DNA from: Myxococcota bacterium
GTDB taxonomy: Bacteria; Myxococcota_A; UBA9160; UBA6930
Assembly: GCA_965223415.1 (NCBI GenBank)
Contig: OZ245002.1
Span: forward strand, 2,272,001 to 2,336,000
Direction: 5' to 3'
DNA length: 64,000 bases
A program made the position numbers and the translations under genes. Shown piece by piece: positions 10,008 to 19,834 of this stretch (position 1 is its first letter; each line of letters opens with the position of its first letter). The notes below the pieces were generated by a model that was given only the letters and a program-made list of their open reading frames with translations, had not been told where the DNA came from and searched no databases.

Positions 10008-10468
10008 GTCAAGTGACCGAAGGCGCGCTCACTGCGCCCCACACGCTCCAGTACACGTACAAGCGTTCGCTGGGGCCGGTGCTCAGCCGCTTCTTCACCG
10101 GCATCCGGGATCGCAAGATCCTCGGCGCCAAGCGCGCCGATGGCACGGTGCTCGTCCCGCCCCGGGAGTACGACCCGGACACCGCGGCCGCCATCGACGA
10201 GCTGGTGGAGGTGGGCCAGAGCGGCGTGGTGAAGAGCTGGGCCTGGGTGTCCGAGCCGCGCAAGCAACAGCCCCTGGATCGTCCCTTCGCCTACGCGCTG
10301 ATCCAGCTCGAAGGTGCCGACACGGCCTTCCTGCACGTGGTCGACGCGGGCCGCGAGGACGCCATGCAGACTGGCATGCGCGTCGCGGCGAAGTGGGCCG
10401 ACGAGGCCACGGGTGCGATCACCGATCTCACTTTCGTTCCCGAGGGTGGGAAGAGGGAGGGTGCGTGA
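10004..10468 (+). CDS. DUF35/OB-fold protein (Rv3521 N-terminal half-like)
   Basis: YKRSLGPVLSRFF, VLVPPREYDP, PLDRPFAYALIQL. Confidence 0.85.
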   Translation: MSQVTEGALTAPHTLQYTYKRSLGPVLSRFFTGIRDRKILGAKRADGTVLVPPREYDPDTAAAIDELVEVGQSGVVKSWAWVSEPRKQQPLDRPFAYALIQLEGADTAFLHVVDAGREDAMQTGMRVAAKWADEATGAITDLTFVPEGGKREGA

Positions 10469-10974
10469 TGAGCGAAGCCACGAACGAGCGGGTCGAGCTG
10501 CTGCGCTGTCCCGTCGAGCTCGAGTACAACTACACCGCCGGGCGATCCGCCTCGCGCTTCCTGCGCGCCTTCGAGGAGGGCAAGCTGCTCGGCCAGCGCT
10601 GCCCCGTGGACGGCCGGGTCTACTTCCCGACCCGTGGTGCCTGTCCCCAGCACGGCGTGCCCATGGCCGACGGCGACGCGGTCGAGCTGCCGGACAAGGG
10701 CACCCTCGTCACCTACGCGATCGTGCGGGTGCCGTCGGAGAACATCCCCCTCGAGCTGCCCTACGTGGCCGTGCAGGTGCTGCTCGACGGGGCCGACACG
10801 GTGATGATGCACGTGCTCGGCGAGTGCGATCTCGAGAACGTCCACATGGGCATGCGCGTCGAGGCCAAGTGGAAGCCCAAGGAGGAGTGGGAGACCTCGG
10901 TGGGCAACATCCTCTACTTCGTTCCCTTGGACGAGCCGGACGCTCCCTACGACAGCTACAAGGAGCACATCTGA
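10468..10974 (+). CDS. DUF35 Zn-ribbon/OB-fold protein (Rv3521 C-terminal half-like)
   Basis: GQRCP..GRVYFPTRGACP, GMRVEAKW, EPDAPYDSYKEH. Confidence 0.85.
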   Translation: MSEATNERVELLRCPVELEYNYTAGRSASRFLRAFEEGKLLGQRCPVDGRVYFPTRGACPQHGVPMADGDAVELPDKGTLVTYAIVRVPSENIPLELPYVAVQVLLDGADTVMMHVLGECDLENVHMGMRVEAKWKPKEEWETSVGNILYFVPLDEPDAPYDSYKEHI

Positions 10975-12026
10975 TGAGAGACGTCGCCGTCGTCGCCTTC
11001 AGCCAGTCGCCCTCGATGCGCCGCGAGCCGAACCGCAACGAGGTCGAGATCCTGATCCCTGTGATCCAGGAGCTGCGCGAGAACGCCGGGATCACCAACG
11101 AGGACGTGGACTTCGTCTGCTCCGGCTCCAGCGACTACCTGGCCGGGCAGAGCTTCGCCTTCGTCGCCGGGCTCGACGCGGTGGGCGCCTGGCCGCCGGT
11201 GTGCGAGAGCCACGTCGAGATGGACGGTGCCTGGGCGCTCTACGAGGCCTGGGTGAAGATCCAGATGGGCTACGCGGACGTGGCCCTGGTCTACGGCTTC
11301 GGGAAGCCCTCGATGGGGGACCTGCCGCTCACCATGGCGCTGCAGCTCGATCCCTACTCGGTGATGCCGCTCTGGCCCGACGCGGTGAGCATCGCAGCGC
11401 TGCAGGCCCGACTGCTGCTGGATGGCGGGGTGGTCTCCGAGCGGGACATGGCCGAGGCCGCTGTTCGCGACCGGGCGAACGCCAAGGACAACCCGGCGGC
11501 CCAGGTGAAGGGCGACTTCAGCGCGGACCAGATCCTGGCGGAGCCGTATCTCGTCTCGCCGCTGCGCAAGCACGACTGCTCGCCCATCTCGGACGGCGCG
11601 GCGGCCGTGATCCTCGCCGCCGGCGACAAGGCAAAGGAGATCTGCAAGCGGCCGGCCTGGATCCGCGGCATCGAGCACATCTGCGAGCCGCAGGATCTCG
11701 GCGTACGCGACCTGCTGCGCTCGCGCTCGACGGAGATCGCCGCCGAGAAGGCGGGCGTCAGTGTCGGGAAGGTCGACGTGGCCGAGCTCTCGGCGCCCTT
11801 CAGCCACCAGGAGCTCCTGGTCGAGCGAGCGCTCGGGCTGGCTGGCGACACGAAGGTGAACCCGTCCGGCGGCGCCATGGCGGGCAACCCGCTCATGGCC
11901 GTCGGCCTCGCCCGGGTCGGCGAGGCGGCGCGCCGCGTCTGGGACGGAAGTGCGGACCGGGCGGTAGCTCACGCCACCTCGGGCCCGTGCCTGCAGCAGA
12001 ACCTCGTCTGCGTGCTGGAGGGCTGA
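10974..12026 (+). CDS. ltp4: SCP2-type thiolase-like aldolase, Ltp4-like
   Basis: CSGSSDYLAG, ESHVEMDGAWALYEAW, HATSGPCLQQNLV. Confidence 0.85.
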   Translation: MRDVAVVAFSQSPSMRREPNRNEVEILIPVIQELRENAGITNEDVDFVCSGSSDYLAGQSFAFVAGLDAVGAWPPVCESHVEMDGAWALYEAWVKIQMGYADVALVYGFGKPSMGDLPLTMALQLDPYSVMPLWPDAVSIAALQARLLLDGGVVSERDMAEAAVRDRANAKDNPAAQVKGDFSADQILAEPYLVSPLRKHDCSPISDGAAAVILAAGDKAKEICKRPAWIRGIEHICEPQDLGVRDLLRSRSTEIAAEKAGVSVGKVDVAELSAPFSHQELLVERALGLAGDTKVNPSGGAMAGNPLMAVGLARVGEAARRVWDGSADRAVAHATSGPCLQQNLVCVLEG

Positions 12027-12029
12027 GTC

Positions 12030-13187
12030 ATGGCAGAGCTCTGCGGAGTCATCGGAATCGGACAGACCCACTACGCCGCCAAGCGGCCCGAGCTCTCCAT
12101 GCCGGGCCTGCTGCGCGAGGCGGCCGAGCGGGCCCTCGAGGACGCGGACTGCACCTGGGCGGACATCGACGCGGTGGTGATCGGCAAGGCCCCCGACATG
12201 TTCGAGGGCGTGATGATGCCGGAGCTGTTCCTGAACGACGCCGTCGGCGGCGCCTACAAGCCGATGCTGCGCGTGCACACCGCGGGCAGCGTGGGTGGCT
12301 CGACCGGCATCGTGGCGGCCAGCCTGGTGCAATCGGGTATCCACGATCGCGTGCTCACCGTCGCCTACGAGAAGCAGAGCGAGTCGAACGCCACCTGGGC
12401 GCTCTCGATCGCGCTGCCCTTCTCGGTGGCCACGGTGGCCGGCGCCGGCGGCTACTTCGCGCCGCTGGTGCGCGGCTACATCCGCCGCTCCGGCGCGCCG
12501 GAGGACACGGGCATCCGCGTGGCGGTGAAGGACCGGCAGAACGCGCTCAAGAACCCGCTGGCGCACCTCCACCTCGAGGACATCAGCTTCGAGATGGTGG
12601 CCAACTCGCCGATGCTGTGGGATCCGATCCGCTACCTCGAGACGTGTCCGTCATCGGACGGGGCCTGCGCCATGGTGATGGCGAAGGAGAGCATCGCCCA
12701 GCAGAGCGCCAAGCCGGTGGCCTGGGTCCACGCCACCGAGATGCGCAGCGAGCCCACCATGTTCTCGGGCCGCGACCAGGTGATGCCCCAGGCGACCCTC
12801 GACAACGCCAAGTCTCTCTACAAGAAGGCCGGCATCCAGAACCCGCGGGAGGAGATCGACTGCGCCGAGATCTACGTCCCCTTCAGCTGGTTCGAGCCGA
12901 TGTGGATGGAGGGCATGCTCTTCGCCCCGACCAACGAGGGCTGGAAGATGACCTACGAGGGCGCCACGGCCCTGGACGGCGACCTGCCGGTGAACATGTC
13001 CGGCGGGGTGCTCTCGTCGAACCCGATCGGCGCCTCCGGCCTGATCCGCTTCGCCGAGGCAGCCCTCCAGGTACGCGGCATGGCCGGCGAGCACCAGGTC
13101 GACGGCGCCCGGAAGGCCCTCGGCCACGCCTACGGCGGCGGCTCTCAGTACTTCTCCACCTGGATCGTCGGCAGCCAGAAGCCCTAG
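12030..13187 (+). CDS. ltp3: SCP2-type thiolase-like aldolase, Ltp3-like
   Basis: GKAPDMFEGVMMPE, RVHTAGSVGGST, ETCPSSDGACA, GHAYGGGSQYF. Confidence 0.88.
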   Translation: MAELCGVIGIGQTHYAAKRPELSMPGLLREAAERALEDADCTWADIDAVVIGKAPDMFEGVMMPELFLNDAVGGAYKPMLRVHTAGSVGGSTGIVAASLVQSGIHDRVLTVAYEKQSESNATWALSIALPFSVATVAGAGGYFAPLVRGYIRRSGAPEDTGIRVAVKDRQNALKNPLAHLHLEDISFEMVANSPMLWDPIRYLETCPSSDGACAMVMAKESIAQQSAKPVAWVHATEMRSEPTMFSGRDQVMPQATLDNAKSLYKKAGIQNPREEIDCAEIYVPFSWFEPMWMEGMLFAPTNEGWKMTYEGATALDGDLPVNMSGGVLSSNPIGASGLIRFAEAALQVRGMAGEHQVDGARKALGHAYGGGSQYFSTWIVGSQKP

Positions 13188-13194
13188 GGAGTCG

Positions 13195-14325
13195 ATGGAC
13201 TTCGCGTTCTCGGAAGAGCAGGATGAGTTCCGCGAGATGCTGCGCCGCTTCTTCGAGGAGAAGGCGCCCAGCATCGAGGTGCGCCGGATGGCGGAGCGCC
13301 CGGAGGGCTTCGACCGGGCGCTGTGGGCGCAGATGGCCGAGGAGCTCGGGCTGCAGGGCGTGCACGTGCCCGAGGCCTACGGGGGGCAGGGCTTCGGCTT
13401 CCTGGAGCTCGGGATCGTGCTGGAGGAGATGGGCCGGGTGCTGCTGCCCGGGCCGTTCTTCGCCAGCAGCGTGCTCGCGACCGGCGCCATCCTGAACGCC
13501 GGTGCCGAGGAGCAGCGGGCGGCCCTGCTGCCCGCCCTGGCCGGCGGCGAGCGCATCGCGACCCTGGCGACCGAGGAGACGAAGAGCGCCTGGGACCCGG
13601 ACGCCATCCGCATGGAGGCCGCACCCGACGGCGACGGCTTCCGGCTCTCCGGCGCGAAGGAGCTGGTCCTCGCCGGCGACGTGGCGGACACGCTGATCGT
13701 CGCCGCCCGCCTGCCCGGCACGAGCGGCAGCGACGGCCTCACCCTGTTCGTCGTCGGCGGCGCCGACCCGGGCCTCAAGCGGACGCCCGAGGCCCCTCTC
13801 GACGCGACGCGCCGCCTCGCTCGCATCGAGCTCGACGGCGCGCGGGGCGAAGCCCTCGGCGTCCCCGGCGAGGCGGCCATGCCTCTCGCCCGCACCCTCG
13901 CCCAGGGCGCCATCGCCCTCGCCGCCGAGATGGTCGGCGGTGCCGCCCAGTGCCTCGACGCGGCCGTCGAGTACGCGAAGGTCCGCGTCCAGTTCGGCCG
14001 GCCTATCGGCACCTTCCAGGCCGTCAAGCACAAGGCCGCCGAGGTGCTCCTCGATCTCGAGTTGGCCCGCTCGGCCGCCTACTGGGCCTGGTGGGTTGCC
14101 GACGAGGACAAGGACGAGCTCTTCCAGGCCGCCTCCCTCGCCAAGGCCACCTGCGCCGACGCCTTCCACCACGCGGCCCGCGAGAACATCCAGATCCACG
14201 GCGGCATCGGCTTCACCTGGGAGCACGACGCGCACCTCTACTACAAGCGCGCGACCGCCAGCGACGCGCTGCTCGGCGACGCGGGGGAGCACCGACTGCG
14301 GTTGGCGGGGCTGCTGGGGGCCTAG
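13195..14325 (+). CDS. Acyl-CoA dehydrogenase family protein
   Basis: RVQFGRPIGTFQAVKH, QIHGGIGFTWEH. Confidence 0.92.
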   Translation: MDFAFSEEQDEFREMLRRFFEEKAPSIEVRRMAERPEGFDRALWAQMAEELGLQGVHVPEAYGGQGFGFLELGIVLEEMGRVLLPGPFFASSVLATGAILNAGAEEQRAALLPALAGGERIATLATEETKSAWDPDAIRMEAAPDGDGFRLSGAKELVLAGDVADTLIVAARLPGTSGSDGLTLFVVGGADPGLKRTPEAPLDATRRLARIELDGARGEALGVPGEAAMPLARTLAQGAIALAAEMVGGAAQCLDAAVEYAKVRVQFGRPIGTFQAVKHKAAEVLLDLELARSAAYWAWWVADEDKDELFQAASLAKATCADAFHHAARENIQIHGGIGFTWEHDAHLYYKRATASDALLGDAGEHRLRLAGLLGA

Positions 14326-14334
14326 CGCGCGCCC

Positions 14335-14994
14335 TCAGCTCGCGAGTCGCGTCGTCACGTACTCCGCCAGCGCCCGGCGCGTCGTCTCCGGAATCGCCTC
14401 GTCGAACACGAGGCCCGTCCGATCCCCCGCGGTGTAGCTCGGCTGTGCCGGGATCTGGACCAGCCCCTGGTCGGCCAGCGGGAAGCACAGCTCGACGGGG
14501 GCATCCTCCTGCAGCGGGGACGTGCTCTGGAGCAGGCAGCCCTTCTCGGAGATCGAGCGGATGGCACCGGCCCAGCTCTCCGCGCCGTGGGTGGCGCGAG
14601 CCGGCAGCGCGTCCGCCACGCGCGGCACGCTCCGCGGGCGCGGCTCGAAGGCGGCCTGGAGCAGCTCGTAGACCGCAGCCAAGCGCGCACGCCGACGCAC
14701 CACGCCGATCACGAGGCTCTCGAGCCCGCTCCCCCGCAGTGCTGCGTCGCCCCGGGCCCCGGTCAGCAGGATCACCGGCAGGTCGTCGCGGTTGCTCAGC
14801 AGCTCCTCGGTCCGCCGGTCGTCCACGATGCGCAGGCGCGGCGCCAGCGGCCCGTTCTCGCCGTCCTGGCGGACGGCCGTCTTCAGGGAGACGAGGTTGT
14901 ATCCCAGCCGCGTCAGCGCCGTCAGCACTCCGGGCGCGAAGGCGCGGTCCGGCGCATGGACCGCCACGCTGGTGCGGGGTCGCGATTCGCCCAT
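14335..14994 (-). CDS. PilZ-like domain protein with receiver-like N-terminus
   Basis: RPRSVPR and SISEKG motifs, C-terminal GLVF; start at ATG 14994 inferred. Confidence 0.6.
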   Translation of the reverse strand: MGESRPRTSVAVHAPDRAFAPGVLTALTRLGYNLVSLKTAVRQDGENGPLAPRLRIVDDRRTEELLSNRDDLPVILLTGARGDAALRGSGLESLVIGVVRRRARLAAVYELLQAAFEPRPRSVPRVADALPARATHGAESWAGAIRSISEKGCLLQSTSPLQEDAPVELCFPLADQGLVQIPAQPSYTAGDRTGLVFDEAIPETTRRALAEYVTTRLAS

Positions 14995-15565
14995 GGCGGA
15001 CGTATCGGATGTCGCCTCTTGCGGTTGAGCGGGCTCGACCACGACACCGGACCGAAGCGCAGAGCGGAGCGGGAACAGACAATTCTGGGGTGAGAGCACC
15101 ACATGGGCGGCTTGGGACTCGCCCTGTTCTCGGCTCCCAGCGGGATGCAGCTCCGGTTTCCTTCGGTTTGATCCAGGCCATCCGCGCCGGGACGATCCGT
15201 TCCCAGCACGTCCCGACCCATCGAAGACGCCGGTCCCCCGCCGTACCTGCCTCGGGCCAGATCCGTTGAACGGCGGGCGGAACACGCCAGGCCACGAGAA
15301 CCCGCCCGGGGCGGGCGACCTCGCCAGAACGTCCCCGGCAGCCAAGGGAAGGACCCGAGCCGGGTTGCCGGCCTTCGGCGCCGCAATCAATCTCGAACTC
15401 GCCCCGGCGGGCCGCAAGGGCCTGAAGGGACGGGATTCCTCACGCACCGCGGGGTGGGGAGCGGGTACCATGGGAATGGTGATGCTGCCCCGGCCTGGCT
15501 CGGTGGTTGTGCACCTAACGACTGCCACGTGGGGCAATCTCCTTGGGCGGTGCGGGAGGAGACCC

Positions 15566-16360
15566 ATGGGCGACTCTGGGCAGGTGATCGCAAACGCGGC
15601 GGAGGTCTACGACGAGTTCTTTCTGCCGGCGCTCTTCGAGGCGTGGCCACCGGAGTTGATTTCCAGGGCACGAGTCGGCCCGGGAATGCGAGTTGTGGAT
15701 GTCGCTTGCGGGACGGGCGTTCTGGCAATCGAAGCAGGCAAGGCGACCCGACCGGGTGGGAGCGCGGTAGGGGTAGATCTCAACCCGGGAATGCTCATGG
15801 TTGCCCGCAGGAAGGATCCCAGTGTCGATTGGCAGGAAGCACCCGCCGAAGCTTTGCCTTTCGATTCCGACGAATTCGATGCAGCGCTCTGCCAGTTCGG
15901 GTTGATGTTCTTCCACGATCGCAACGCGGCCATTCGCGAAATGCTGAGGGTTCTCCGTCCCGGCGGCCGTCTGGCCATCGCCGTCTGGGATTCCCTCGAC
16001 AACACCCCTGGCTACCTCGCGATCACGCAGCTCCTTTCGCGTCTCTTCGGGGATGAGATCGCCGACCTTCTGAGAGCGCCCTACGTTCTCGGCGATGCCG
16101 AGAGGCTGAGCCGTCTTCTCGTCGAATCCGGCGTCCAGAAGCCCACGGTGTCTCGAGTTGCCGGCGAAGCGCGTTTCTCTTCGATCCGGTCTTGGATGCA
16201 CACGGATATTCGCGGCTGGACCCTTGCCGACAAGCTCGACGACGAGCAGTTCGAGCATCTCGTGAAGAGCGCAGAAGACGCGCTGAGTGACCTGGTTTCT
16301 GCGAATGGATCGGTCAGATTCGATCATGCGGCCCTGATCGCCACGGCGCAGAAACCGTAA
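15566..16360 (+). CDS. Class I SAM-dependent methyltransferase
   Basis: VDVACGTG, CQFGLMFF, LRVLRPGG; GGAGGAG RBS before ATG 15566. Confidence 0.92.
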   Translation: MGDSGQVIANAAEVYDEFFLPALFEAWPPELISRARVGPGMRVVDVACGTGVLAIEAGKATRPGGSAVGVDLNPGMLMVARRKDPSVDWQEAPAEALPFDSDEFDAALCQFGLMFFHDRNAAIREMLRVLRPGGRLAIAVWDSLDNTPGYLAITQLLSRLFGDEIADLLRAPYVLGDAERLSRLLVESGVQKPTVSRVAGEARFSSIRSWMHTDIRGWTLADKLDDEQFEHLVKSAEDALSDLVSANGSVRFDHAALIATAQKP

Positions 16361-16543
16361 CGCGCGCTCGCAACAAGGTGTCGCTGCGAACCTCCACCTG
16401 TACATCACGAGGCGCGAGGAATCCGTCCTGGTCGAGCGGTTCGGGGGGGCTATCTGGCGTACTGTAGGCAGGTCCCCCGATGGGGTCTTGGCAGGCCCCG
16501 CCCACCGCGCAGCTGACGTCAGGCCCTGGCCATTGGAGTGCTT

Positions 16544-17356
16544 GTGCTCGTTCTCTACGACAACCCGTTCAGTCCGTTCGCTCGAAAGGTCAGGATGGTG
16601 CTGCGATTCAAGGGCTTGGAGCACCGCTCGGTCGATGCCCTGGCGCTGGAGGAGCACGATCACCTCGTCGCCGTCAACCCCCGCGCCGAGGTGCCCGTCC
16701 TGGTCGACGGCGATGTGGTCGTGGCCGATTCGTCCGACATCGTCTCCTACCTGGAGGATCGATTCCCGGAGCCCGCAGTCCTTCCGGCCGGCCCCGAGCT
16801 GCGGGCGAAGGCGCGTCGGTGGCAGCGAGTCGCCGACACGACATTCGATTCCATCGTCCACGATATCTCCATCTGGATCTGGCCTACCCACCGTCGATCG
16901 GACCCACCGCCGGAAGGGCTGCTCGATGCGGGCCGCCGGGAGCTGCACGAGCTCCTCAGCGAGCTGGAGCGCTCGATCGACGCCTCCGGCTTCGTATGCG
17001 ATCGGCTGTCGATCGCGGACTTCTCGCTCTTTCCACACATTTCTTCACTGAAGCCACTGAACGTCCTCCTCGATGAGACCGCTCATGCGAAGCTCCTTCG
17101 TTGGAATCGACAGATGCGGACCGAGACGGCCGTGCGCGAGGACCTCGAATACGTGAAGCGAAGCGCGATCGAGAAGTTCGGCTCCGGTCGATCGCCCTAC
17201 GAGGGGGAGAAGATCGTCTGGCGAGGCGACCGGATCGAGTGGCTTCTCGCTCACGGCTACCGGGATTGGTTCTTCGCGGAGCTGGCGAGCGGTCGCGCCG
17301 TCGTTCCAAAGGGCGGTCGCGGGCCCGCACGACCCCCGCAAGCGCAGCGCTCCTAG
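16544..17356 (+). CDS. Glutathione S-transferase family protein
   Basis: SPFARKVR, NPRAEVPVL, DSSDIVSYL, SIADF. Confidence 0.9.
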   Translation: MLVLYDNPFSPFARKVRMVLRFKGLEHRSVDALALEEHDHLVAVNPRAEVPVLVDGDVVVADSSDIVSYLEDRFPEPAVLPAGPELRAKARRWQRVADTTFDSIVHDISIWIWPTHRRSDPPPEGLLDAGRRELHELLSELERSIDASGFVCDRLSIADFSLFPHISSLKPLNVLLDETAHAKLLRWNRQMRTETAVREDLEYVKRSAIEKFGSGRSPYEGEKIVWRGDRIEWLLAHGYRDWFFAELASGRAVVPKGGRGPARPPQAQRS

Positions 17357-17700
17357 GGGGCCTCGAGATGTTTCCGATAACGGACTTCTTCCAACGCCCC
17401 CGGGCCGAACAGGGTCGTTCTGGATCCACCATCCGGTCGCCACGCAGCTGCTCGTAGGTCTGGCGGGCGCGGCCGTTGCCCGCCAACACCCACAGCACGG
17501 CCTGCTCGGCGCCTCTGGCGGCCAGGCCAGCCTCCGCCCGGGCGAGGAGGCCTCGCCCCAGACCCAGCCCCCGATGTCCAGGGTCGACGAAGAGCGAGAA
17601 CACCTCGAAGCCCGGGCCGTTCGCTCCCCCCGCGTCTCCGAACTCGACGAACGCTAAGGAAGCCCTGCACTTCGCCGGGTCCCGCTCGCCAGCGGCTGAT
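17353..17700 (-). pseudogene. Decayed GNAT acetyltransferase
   Basis: LFVDPGHRGLGLGRGLL...LWVLAGNGRA in one frame; GEVQGF and EEVRYRK segments in another frame; no N-terminus. Confidence 0.6.
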
Positions 17701-17719
17701 CCCGCCTCCCGGCGCCCGG

Positions 17720-18529
17720 CTAGCGCCCCTTGAACACCGGCGGCCGCTTCTCCAGGAACGCCCGGGGCCCCTCCGCGGCGTCCTCCGAGCTCATCACCTG
17801 CATGCCGTACCTCTGCTCGATCGCGAACGCCTCCTCCTCCGGCAGCGTCTCGGTCTCGCGCAAGGTGGCGACGATCGCCTTCACGGCGAGGGGCCCATTG
17901 GCGGCGATGCGGTCGGCGATCTCGCGGGCCTTCGCCAGGGCCTGGCCGTTCGGGACGACGTGGTTCACGAGGCCGAGCTCAAAGGCGCGTCGGGCCGGGA
18001 GGTCCTCGCCGGCGATCAGCATCTCGGCAGCCACCGCATAGGGGATCTGGCGGCGCAGGCGCACGGCGGAGCCGGCCATCGGGAACAGGCCGCGCTGCAC
18101 CTCGGTGACGCCGAACTTCGCGTCCTCGCCGGCGACGCGGATGTCGGTGCCCTGGAGGATCTCGGTGCCCCCGGCCCGGGCGAAGCCCTCGGCGGCGAGG
18201 ATCACGGGCTTGGCTGGGCGGTAGGTCTTGAGCCACGCGCCGTAGATCACGTGGCCCTCCTTCATCACCCGCTCCATGTACTCGTTCTCCGGCTTGCCGG
18301 TGCGGAGCTTGCCGATCTCCGAGAGGTCCATGCCGGCGCAGAAGGTGTCGCCGTTGCCCGTGAGGATGCCGACGCGCAGGTCTTCGTCTTCGTCGAGCTG
18401 CACCCAGGAGTCATACAGCCGGCACATCACTTCGCAGTTGACGGCATTTCTCTTTTCGGGTCGGTTCAGGGTGACCGTGAGGACGTGGCCGTCCTTCTCG
18501 ACGACGACGGCGGGCTCTCCAGCGGGCAT
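17720..18529 (-). CDS. echA19: Enoyl-CoA hydratase, EchA19-like
   Basis: AGGTEILQGTDIRVAGE, GSAVRLRRQIPY, ANGPLAV recalled as close to M. tuberculosis EchA19. Confidence 0.82.
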   Translation of the reverse strand: MPAGEPAVVVEKDGHVLTVTLNRPEKRNAVNCEVMCRLYDSWVQLDEDEDLRVGILTGNGDTFCAGMDLSEIGKLRTGKPENEYMERVMKEGHVIYGAWLKTYRPAKPVILAAEGFARAGGTEILQGTDIRVAGEDAKFGVTEVQRGLFPMAGSAVRLRRQIPYAVAAEMLIAGEDLPARRAFELGLVNHVVPNGQALAKAREIADRIAANGPLAVKAIVATLRETETLPEEEAFAIEQRYGMQVMSSEDAAEGPRAFLEKRPPVFKGR

Positions 18530-18540
18530 GAGTGGCTCCT

Positions 18541-19728
18541 TCAGCTCCGGGGCAGCTGGTCGAAAGGGATCTTGCGGTCGCGGCTGGCCTCGCGGGGCAT
18601 GCCGAGGACGCGTTCGGCGCACACGTTCTTCTGCACCTCGCTGGTGCCGCCGGCGATGTGGAAGGCCGGCGCGAAGAGGTACTCGTTCTGCCAGTAGCCC
18701 GGGCGCAGGAGCGCCTTCGGGCCGAGGGCGCGCATCGCCAGGGCGTTGGCCTTCGTCATCATGCGTGCGAGCGCGAGCTTCATCACCGACGACTCGGAGG
18801 TGGGGATCACGCCACGACCGAGCTTCGAGACCATGCGGGCGTTCAGCAGCTCGAGGCAGCGGAGCTGCGTGTACACCTCCGCCAGCTCCTCGCGCTGGGT
18901 GGCCGAAGGTCGGCCGTCGCTCTCCTCGAGCACCAGCGCCTTCAGCTCGCCCCAGCGAAGCAGGTTCGAGAGCCCGCCCATCGCCATGCGCTCGTTCATC
19001 AGCGTGGTCTGGGTGACGGACCAACCGCCGTTCAGGGGGCCGAGGCGCGCCGAGTCGGGCACGCGCACGTCGTTCAGGAACACCTCGTTGAAGTGGGACT
19101 CGCCGGTCATCTCGACGAGGGGCCGCACCTCGAGGCCCGGGGTGCTCATGTCGAGCAGGAAGTAGCTGATGCCCTCGTGCTTCGGCACGCTCGGATCGGT
19201 GCGCGCGATCAGGATGCCGAAGTGGTTGTGCTGGGCGCCCGAGCACCAGGTTTTCTGGCCGTTCACGATCCAGTCGTCGCCGTCGCGCACGGCGCGGGTG
19301 GCCAGGCCCGCCAGGTCCGAGCCGGCGCCGGGCTCGCTGAAGAGCTGGCACCAGGTCTCGTCGGCCTGGAGGAGCGGCTGGAGGAAGCGCTCCTGCTGCT
19401 GCTTCGTCCCGTGGGCGATGATCGTCGGCCCGACCATGCCGATGCCCACCGCGAGCATGGAGTGGCCGACACCGCGCCGGTTCAGCTCCTCGTTCCAGAT
19501 GATCTGCTCGATGGGCCCCTTGCCGCGGCCCCCGTAGGCCTCGGGCCAGGTGATGGCCCCCCAGCCGTGGGAGGCCAGGGTCTTCTGCCAGCCCTTGTGC
19601 TGCTCGAAGACCAGCTCCTGGTCGTCGCCGGAGGTGTAGCTGCCGAACTCCTCGGGGGCGTGCTCGTCCAGGAAGGCCACCGCCTCGGCCCGGAAGGCCG
19701 CCTCGGTCGCGGAGTCGTCGAAATCCAT
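18541..19728 (-). CDS. Acyl-CoA dehydrogenase
   Basis: WCQLFSEPGAGSDLAGL, FNEVFL, IAGGTSEVQKN. Confidence 0.92.
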   Translation of the reverse strand: MDFDDSATEAAFRAEAVAFLDEHAPEEFGSYTSGDDQELVFEQHKGWQKTLASHGWGAITWPEAYGGRGKGPIEQIIWNEELNRRGVGHSMLAVGIGMVGPTIIAHGTKQQQERFLQPLLQADETWCQLFSEPGAGSDLAGLATRAVRDGDDWIVNGQKTWCSGAQHNHFGILIARTDPSVPKHEGISYFLLDMSTPGLEVRPLVEMTGESHFNEVFLNDVRVPDSARLGPLNGGWSVTQTTLMNERMAMGGLSNLLRWGELKALVLEESDGRPSATQREELAEVYTQLRCLELLNARMVSKLGRGVIPTSESSVMKLALARMMTKANALAMRALGPKALLRPGYWQNEYLFAPAFHIAGGTSEVQKNVCAERVLGMPREASRDRKIPFDQLPRS

Positions 19729-19759
19729 GGGAGGCACCTCGCCGGCGAAGGGCCAAAAT

Positions 19760-19773
19760 TAGAACACGTTTCA
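19760..19773. promoter_or_regulatory. KstR operator TAGAACACGTTTCA, inside a minus-strand TTGAGC-17-TAATTT promoter
   Basis: 19-bp reverse complement AATGAAACGTGTTCTAATT identical to the site upstream of kstR. Confidence 0.82.
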
Positions 19774-19834
19774 TTCTTGCTCAAGCCGGGCCTTCGCCTA
19801 GGATTCCGCGGCCTCGACCCCATGGGAGCCCGCC

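Noticed and set aside
15000..15560. ncRNA or riboswitch in the long intergenic gap
   Set aside because: No recognisable conserved motif; GC-rich stems are expected by chance. An Rfam scan is needed.
15513..16470. attC-like ends (ACCTAAC...CTTGGGC; CCGTAAC...TGTAGGC) around the methyltransferase
   Set aside because: Spacing is too short or boxes are degenerate, with no clear attC hairpin and no integrase.
17720..19774. Apparent long fusions (684-aa hydratase, 970-aa at 48064-50976, 976-aa at 60475-63405)
   Set aside because: The N-terminal extensions are alternative frames of neighbouring genes; real starts are 18529, 48861 and 62161.
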